Positions 58,403-64,000 of a stretch of 64,000 nucleotides of DNA are shown piece after piece. This DNA comes from Candidatus Latescibacterota bacterium (GTDB lineage: Bacteria; Latescibacterota; UBA2968; UBA8231), in assembly GCA_965261395.1 (NCBI GenBank), contig OZ253462.1:5376001-5440000 (forward strand), in the 5' to 3' direction. Every line of letters starts with the position of its first letter. Positions within the stretch are counted from its first letter, which is position 1. The translations under genes were made by a program, and so were the position numbers. Under the pieces are notes generated by a model. That model made no database searches. It was given only the letters and a program-made list of their open reading frames with translations, and was not told the origin of the DNA.

Positions 58403-60724
58403 TCAGTAGGCGAGGCCGATAGTCCGGGTTATTTGCTGTTCGTCGGACTGGGTTTGCAGGCGAATTCGGCACAGGTACAGTCCGGGAGCTGCCCGGCCCT
58501 GGGCGCCATCCGCGCCCGACCAAGTATAGACGTAGTAGCCATCCGGCCCGCGGTCGCCCGCCAACTTTTGCACCAACCGCCCGTCCAGGCTGTACAGGGC
58601 GACCTCGGGCACCACATCCACATTGAGGACCTGAAAGCGGATCTGGGCTTGGTCGCCGATCGCGTCCCCGTTGGGGGTGGCGATCCGGGGGTGGATCGAA
58701 ACATTGTCGAGCAAGCGAGCCGGGACGGCGGGGAAAAATACATGGGTCGCCCGGGGCGTGTGCGCCGCTGGGGTCACCTCCTGCCAGAGGCCCGGTCGCG
58801 CCGATTCGCCAATGAACGCATTGAAGCGCGTGGGGTTGCGGTCTATCTGTGTGCGCAACCGCACCTCCACGGTGTCCGCGGGCTGCTCTATGGCTTGGGG
58901 AAGCTGAATCACCAACGAGTCCCTAGTAATGAGTTCGATTTGCGCTGCAACTTCTGCGCCGCTCACTGTAACTTGCAGTTGGTCGGCGTGGGATGGGGTG
59001 GTAAAGAGTAGCCGATCGAAGCGAGCCGGATCCGTGAAGTCGCCCCATATCTTGTAGGTAAAGGTCTCGGGCGTCCCCGGCTGGGCCGTCTTGGGGTGGA
59101 TTTCGCCCTCGGCCCCGCGCAGTACGGCGTCGGTGAAGTTCACGTCTAGCCGGCGCATCGTCGGCGCAACTTCGGGCCGGTCGGAGCGCAGGGTCAGCTT
59201 GATTTGCAAGAATCGCCGCGGGCTGGGTGAGAGGAACTGGCCCAGCTCTCGGTAGGGCGCGCTCCACGGGCTCCAGTCGGCACCGGCGACGACGAGGGTA
59301 TCCGTATCGCCGCGTAGGAACTTGTTGAGGTCTTCGTACTCGGCCTTACCTGCCAGCGGCGACCCATCCAATTTGTAGTAGAGGACCTCCTCGGTCAGCT
59401 CGTACCCGGTGCGGGTGACGACCTCTACTTGGGTGCCTTCCGGCGTGGCGGCGTCCCAGAAGATGCCTTGGATCTGCTTGGCACGTAGGTCGCCAGCAAA
59501 AGCGCCGAGGTCGATGAAGTCGGATTCTAGCTCCACTTCGGCGAAGTGCCCGGTGGGGACGACCATCAGCTCGGCCATGTCCCCGTTTGCACCCACGTAA
59601 ATGGCGGCGAGGTAGCGAATCGCCTGGGGCTGGGCCATGATGTACTGGAAGTCGCTGTCGGAAGACCGGTCGTTGTCGTCGTATAGCTGGTCGAAATCGA
59701 GGTCGCCCGTCAGGGTCAGGCTGCCGTCTGAAGCCAAGAGCCGATGGTCGTTGACGCGGGCATACGACACCCCGTACCCCGAGTCGGCCAAGCCCGTGGT
59801 GTTGGCACCGATCTGGAGAATGCGATCAACCCACACGAAGGTACCCATGTCCAAGATCCACACCGTCGGGTCCTCCGCGTCGCCGTGTACGGCCCAAGAG
59901 GTATTAAAATCGCCGTCGATCAGGTCTGTGCCACGGCCCGTCTTGTCGAGGAGGCTGCCGCCGCGAGCGAGCGAACCCAAGGCCACATTGCTGCCAAAGG
60001 TATAGGCTTCCAATTCGGCCAAGGCCGCGTCCTCGCTCTTGCTGTCCATCTTGATGCGGATGTATTGCAGCGTGCGGTAGGTCGGGTCGAATACTTGGAT
60101 ATCGGTCGCATCTTGGAACAGAACCCTGGTGCTGATGTCGGGCAGGGGCGCGAGATCGTATTCGACCGCGGTTTGGTCGTTAAAGCGGGTGGTGCCCCCG
60201 AGGATTTCGTAGTGGAAGAGGTTGGCCTGAAAGGAACGCCGCTGCCCGTCCGAGCCCATGACGCGAAACTCCCTGAGCGGCCGGCCACCTGCGGCGTCTG
60301 GAAATACCAAGCGGATGCGGGTGACCGGGACGGCGCGGCCCAAGTCGAGCTCGATCCACCAATCGTCCAAGTCCGCGGCCGGGTCGGGTTTCCAATAGGT
60401 CGCCGGGTCCCCGTCGGCGATGTTATCGGCCCTGAATTGGGCACCGGGCGCGGTTGAGCCGACCCGCCAGATGCCGCCCTGAATCTCCTCGGCGTTGGCC
60501 AGCTTGTGGGTGAATTGTCCGGCGTCGAGTGCGGCGTTGATGTCGTTGGCAAACTTCGCCGGGACAAAAGAACCATCCGCACTAAATTCAATGGTGCCAG
60601 GGGGAATTTTCCACTCTTCCCACTGCGCCTGCTGCTCGACTCGGTACACTTGCGACTCTTGGCCTCCAACCGACCCCAAGCCGGCGAGGACGAGGCCGCA
60701 AGCATACGTTGCAATGCGCTTCAT
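58403..60724 (-). CDS. Secreted discoidin-like + FlgD-Ig/CHU_C-tailed protein
   Basis: Start MKRIAT, signal peptide. DGDPATYW, WIELDLG, WSPWS..SPSPRRFLQ, TPNGD, terminal GLAY. Confidence 0.8.
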   Translation of the reverse strand: MKRIATYACGLVLAGLGSVGGQESQVYRVEQQAQWEEWKIPPGTIEFSADGSFVPAKFANDINAALDAGQFTHKLANAEEIQGGIWRVGSTAPGAQFRADNIADGDPATYWKPDPAADLDDWWIELDLGRAVPVTRIRLVFPDAAGGRPLREFRVMGSDGQRRSFQANLFHYEILGGTTRFNDQTAVEYDLAPLPDISTRVLFQDATDIQVFDPTYRTLQYIRIKMDSKSEDAALAELEAYTFGSNVALGSLARGGSLLDKTGRGTDLIDGDFNTSWAVHGDAEDPTVWILDMGTFVWVDRILQIGANTTGLADSGYGVSYARVNDHRLLASDGSLTLTGDLDFDQLYDDNDRSSDSDFQYIMAQPQAIRYLAAIYVGANGDMAELMVVPTGHFAEVELESDFIDLGAFAGDLRAKQIQGIFWDAATPEGTQVEVVTRTGYELTEEVLYYKLDGSPLAGKAEYEDLNKFLRGDTDTLVVAGADWSPWSAPYRELGQFLSPSPRRFLQIKLTLRSDRPEVAPTMRRLDVNFTDAVLRGAEGEIHPKTAQPGTPETFTYKIWGDFTDPARFDRLLFTTPSHADQLQVTVSGAEVAAQIELITRDSLVIQLPQAIEQPADTVEVRLRTQIDRNPTRFNAFIGESARPGLWQEVTPAAHTPRATHVFFPAVPARLLDNVSIHPRIATPNGDAIGDQAQIRFQVLNVDVVPEVALYSLDGRLVQKLAGDRGPDGYYVYTWSGADGAQGRAAPGLYLCRIRLQTQSDEQQITRTIGLAY

Positions 60725-60735
60725 AGACCCTCGCT

Positions 60736-62817
60736 TTAGTAGGCCACGGCAATGGGCACAGTCGTGGCAAACCGACCCCGGCCGCTGTCGATGGCGACTT
60801 GACACAAGTACAAGCCCGGTGCTAACAAGCGGCCGCCCTCGTCGCGGACGTCCCATTCTATAGGCGGGTTGGTACCCGCTTTCTGATCCGTCGCCAGCAG
60901 GCGGCGCACCGGCGCGCCCGCTAGGGTGTAGAAAGCTACCTCCACCTCGGCGTTGAGCACCCCAAAGAGCGCATAGCGAATGTGCAGACGGTCGTTGTTG
61001 CCATCGCCATTCGGCGTCAGAATCCGGGGCTGGATGTGCAGGTCGCCTATGGATTGAGCAATGTCGCTCGTGGCCACGATCTGGAGCTGATCCGTGTGGA
61101 TGCGGTCGGTGGCATTGCCCGCCTTGACGAACTGGCGTGCATGGCTTGCCGCGCGGTTAAAAACCGCCCCTTGTAGCTGCGCGGAGATCGTATAGAGTGC
61201 GGTGCGCAAGCCAATGTGCAGTTCCGCATCCGTTGCAATCGGCTGGGGCAAATGCAGGGTCAGGCCGGTCTCATCGAACACGACGGCGTCGCGCTCCAGC
61301 GCGATGGTCTCTGGGGGGCTGCCGATGGCCAAGCCCAAAAACTCCGGTTGCGAAGGGGTCTGGACGCGCACGGCGTCAAAGCCTGCACCGGACCGGTCGC
61401 CAAACTCGGCGCGAATGGCGTAGGTCAGGTCAACCGGCGCGCCAATGGGCACTTCTGTCAGCGAAGCCGCGAGGGAATCATCGACCACGCCGACCTCGCC
61501 GACGAGGTCGGGCACGAGCAGGGGCAGCAGCTCTAGGCGCAGCGAATCGAGCCGCGCGACATCGGTTGGCCGGCGCGATGTCATTTCGACTAGCACCTGA
61601 AAGTAGCGACCGTGGTCGAGGCTGAGTGGCGCTCCCGGCGCGCGAACCGGACTCGACCACGGAGTCCACCGCTCGCGGTCTTCGGCCAAAGGGCCTTGCC
61701 AGCCGACGAAGACCGGGTCGTAAGGCCCTTGGCGTTTCTTGAGGGTCCGCCAAGTGGCGAAGTCCACTTCGTCTAGTTCGCCTTGGTCGTTGTATGTAAA
61801 AAACAGGCGCGGATCGTCCGTGCTGCCAGTCTTGATGCGCACCCGCACCTCGGCGTCGGCGTCTGGAGCTGCGACGAGCGCACCCTCTTGCCAGCGCTGA
61901 TTTGCGCCCCATTGCCCCCCCTGCCGACGCCACTTGCTGACGGCCATCGACACTTGGCCCAAGATGGCCGGCTGCCCCAGATCCACGACCTTGGACTCGT
62001 AGCGGGACTCCGCGGCAAAACCCCGGCCGTATAGCTCAAACTCAGCATAGGCCAGCTTGGCAATGGTCAGCACGCCTTCGGCTTGGTCGAAAAAGGGGCC
62101 TTGGCCGTTGTCGGGGAAACTCCGCCAGCGCACGTAGCGGAAGTACTGCAAGGGAAAGGTGATCTCAATAGGCGCGACGAGGTTGCCCTCTATGCGGCCG
62201 AGGACCTTGTCCAAGGGGACGTAGCGAGTATTGTAGGTGAACTGGCCTTTGTCCTCCGTGGGGATTTGCTCGCCGAGCAAGCTGGCGGAAAGCTCGCCCT
62301 GCCGCGGCACGTAATTTTCCCAAGGTTCACCAAATAGATCCGTGGCCTCGGATGGAGGCAAGCGGAGGACAAATCGCTCTAGCGGCAGCGGCGCGCCTGG
62401 GTCAATGGTGTAGAATTCGTTGGAGGTTTTATTGCCGCCGGGGCCGAAATTGGTCACCCACTGGAAGGTGTTGATATCGCCGTCAACATAGCGTAAAAAG
62501 GGCATCATCACTCCGGGATGCCCCAAGTTGCCCAAGCCCCGCCACAACCGGGGCATGCCATTGACCCACAGTGGATTGGGCGGGTCGCGCCAGCGTTCAA
62601 AGGGGAACTGGGTAAAGATGCTGGGCAAAATATTGACGTCCGGCCGCAATTCCCGCGGCTGCAATGCACCCGGTACGCAGGCATCGTCGGCGAGGACTTT
62701 GAGTTGCGCCCATTCTTCCCAAGATTGACCACCCTGCCCACCAAAAGCCCACTCCTGTCCCCGCGCTGGAATCGACCCCACCAGCAAGGACAAGAGTACT
62801 ATACCCAGAAGCTGCAT
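60736..62817 (-). CDS. Secreted FlgD-Ig/CHU_C-tailed protein
   Basis: Signal peptide. WTPWS..RYFQ, TPNGDG, WDVRD..PGLY, terminal AVAY. Confidence 0.8.
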   Translation of the reverse strand: MQLLGIVLLSLLVGSIPARGQEWAFGGQGGQSWEEWAQLKVLADDACVPGALQPRELRPDVNILPSIFTQFPFERWRDPPNPLWVNGMPRLWRGLGNLGHPGVMMPFLRYVDGDINTFQWVTNFGPGGNKTSNEFYTIDPGAPLPLERFVLRLPPSEATDLFGEPWENYVPRQGELSASLLGEQIPTEDKGQFTYNTRYVPLDKVLGRIEGNLVAPIEITFPLQYFRYVRWRSFPDNGQGPFFDQAEGVLTIAKLAYAEFELYGRGFAAESRYESKVVDLGQPAILGQVSMAVSKWRRQGGQWGANQRWQEGALVAAPDADAEVRVRIKTGSTDDPRLFFTYNDQGELDEVDFATWRTLKKRQGPYDPVFVGWQGPLAEDRERWTPWSSPVRAPGAPLSLDHGRYFQVLVEMTSRRPTDVARLDSLRLELLPLLVPDLVGEVGVVDDSLAASLTEVPIGAPVDLTYAIRAEFGDRSGAGFDAVRVQTPSQPEFLGLAIGSPPETIALERDAVVFDETGLTLHLPQPIATDAELHIGLRTALYTISAQLQGAVFNRAASHARQFVKAGNATDRIHTDQLQIVATSDIAQSIGDLHIQPRILTPNGDGNNDRLHIRYALFGVLNAEVEVAFYTLAGAPVRRLLATDQKAGTNPPIEWDVRDEGGRLLAPGLYLCQVAIDSGRGRFATTVPIAVAY

Positions 62818-62832
62818 GGCATTCGACCTTGG

Positions 62833-64000
62833 TTAATAGACGACTGCAATCGCGCGCGTATGGGCGAAGTCCTGCACATTGCCTTCCACCGCAACCCGGA
62901 GCAAATAGATGCCGACCGGGACGACTTGCCCCGCATGATCCCGGCCATCCCACCTTTCGCTGTACACCCCTCGGCCGCGGACCGCGCTAACGGCGTACAC
63001 GCGCTGGCCCGCGAGGGAAAAAATCTCTACCCGGTGGGGCAGTTGCTCGAGAATTTGGAGGACGTCGTAGCGGATTTCGACCTCGTCGTTAATGCCGTCG
63101 CCGTTGGGTGAGACCACCGATGGATAGACCGCTAGAAAGGGCAGGATGGTGCTCCGCGACTCCGCCGAGGTCAGGACTTGGAGCTTGTCGGTGGTCACCT
63201 GCTGGCTGGCGTTGTCCGGTAGCACCGGCTGGGGGAGTTCCTCGCTCTCGGTATCGAAGACCTCGCCGTGAAAAAAGGTCGATTGCACCAATAGCTGGGC
63301 ATTGAAGACCACCCGCAGCGAGGTCGTGGAGTCAACCCGATGCCCAGGAAAAAACAGCGTCAGGGCCTTTGCTTCTTCCCGCACGCTATCTGGGACCACA
63401 GTGGTCAAGGCGTCTTCGCTGGGGCCAATGAAAAGCTCGGTGAACTGCGGCTGCGTCGGAGTCGAAATCCGCAAGGCGTCAAACCCCACATCCCCACCAG
63501 TGACCGCGGCGCGCACGTCGTAGACAAAGGGCGAGGGAACCCCTACGGGTACGACGGCAAAACCGCTGCTGGGGTCGGGGTCACCCAACAGGGATATTTC
63601 GCCCACCAAGCCCTGCGCGAGGGGAGCGGCGATTTCGATCCCGAGGTCCTCGACGCGGATCCCATCGAGGATCGACCTGCTCTCCATGACGACCCGGAAC
63701 TGCACGTAACGTCGCGGGCTGGGCAGGACAACCTTGTGCCCCGATTCAGTAAATGGGGCCGACCAGCGGCTCCAATTGATCTGGTCGTCCTCAAAGCCGG
63801 CTTGATCGTCTTTGGATAGCGCGTTGTACTCTTCCTCGGTGACGGGTGTCTGTTCATCGAGGTAGCGATTGGTGACCTCGTAGAAGGTCAACGGGGTGTC
63901 GTCCAGCCCAGACCGCATCTGAATGGTTGCCGAGGCCATGGCCGCGGGTTCTTCCACCAAGCTATCGCCGACGACGCGGACTTTTGCAGCGCCGAAGTTC
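62833..64000 (-). CDS. Secreted FlgD-Ig/CHU_C-tailed protein (5' part beyond window)
   Basis: WSRWS..PSPRRYVQ, SPNGDG, WDGRD..GIY, terminal AVVY. Confidence 0.78.
   Translation of the reverse strand, partial: NFGAAKVRVVGDSLVEEPAAMASATIQMRSGLDDTPLTFYEVTNRYLDEQTPVTEEEYNALSKDDQAGFEDDQINWSRWSAPFTESGHKVVLPSPRRYVQFRVVMESRSILDGIRVEDLGIEIAAPLAQGLVGEISLLGDPDPSSGFAVVPVGVPSPFVYDVRAAVTGGDVGFDALRISTPTQPQFTELFIGPSEDALTTVVPDSVREEAKALTLFFPGHRVDSTTSLRVVFNAQLLVQSTFFHGEVFDTESEELPQPVLPDNASQQVTTDKLQVLTSAESRSTILPFLAVYPSVVSPNGDGINDEVEIRYDVLQILEQLPHRVEIFSLAGQRVYAVSAVRGRGVYSERWDGRDHAGQVVPVGIYLLRVAVEGNVQDFAHTRAIAVVY

Overview
A GC-rich (about 60%) bacterial window. Its gene content (DUF6785-type membrane proteins, secreted FlgD-Ig/CHU_C-tailed proteins, PhyH, enolase-superfamily dehydratases, GGTs, sugar ABC transporters) suggests Candidatus Latescibacterota or a relative; this placement is inference only. 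A catabolic/transport backbone is interrupted by accessory or defence-like genes: a truncated HicB, an hsdS tail, an OLD-type ATPase-TOPRIM nuclease split by an IS5/IS903-like element, Uma2, two AAA ATPase/nuclease genes, a Cas2/VapD-like + PIN pair, two Schlafen/AlbA_2-HATPase genes and a 1794-aa DEAH/DUF1998 helicase-nuclease. The ORF track misses three genes: a UGA-readthrough UxxC selenoprotein (17106-17642), a Bor/Iss lipoprotein split by IS630, and the reconstructable 609-aa OLD nuclease. The most unusual signal recurs four times. Accessory blocks of 0.2-9 kb sit between two diverged copies of a host gene's 3' tail (three cases) or leader (one case), with no integrase in the window; in two cases the substitutions are synonymous, so they look like two alleles. 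A second candidate system lies at the right end: three paralogous secreted CTD-tailed proteins, an 878-aa putative outer-membrane protein and a lipoprotein, facing a DUF6785 + TPR pair. All family calls come from motif recognition; no database searches were run.
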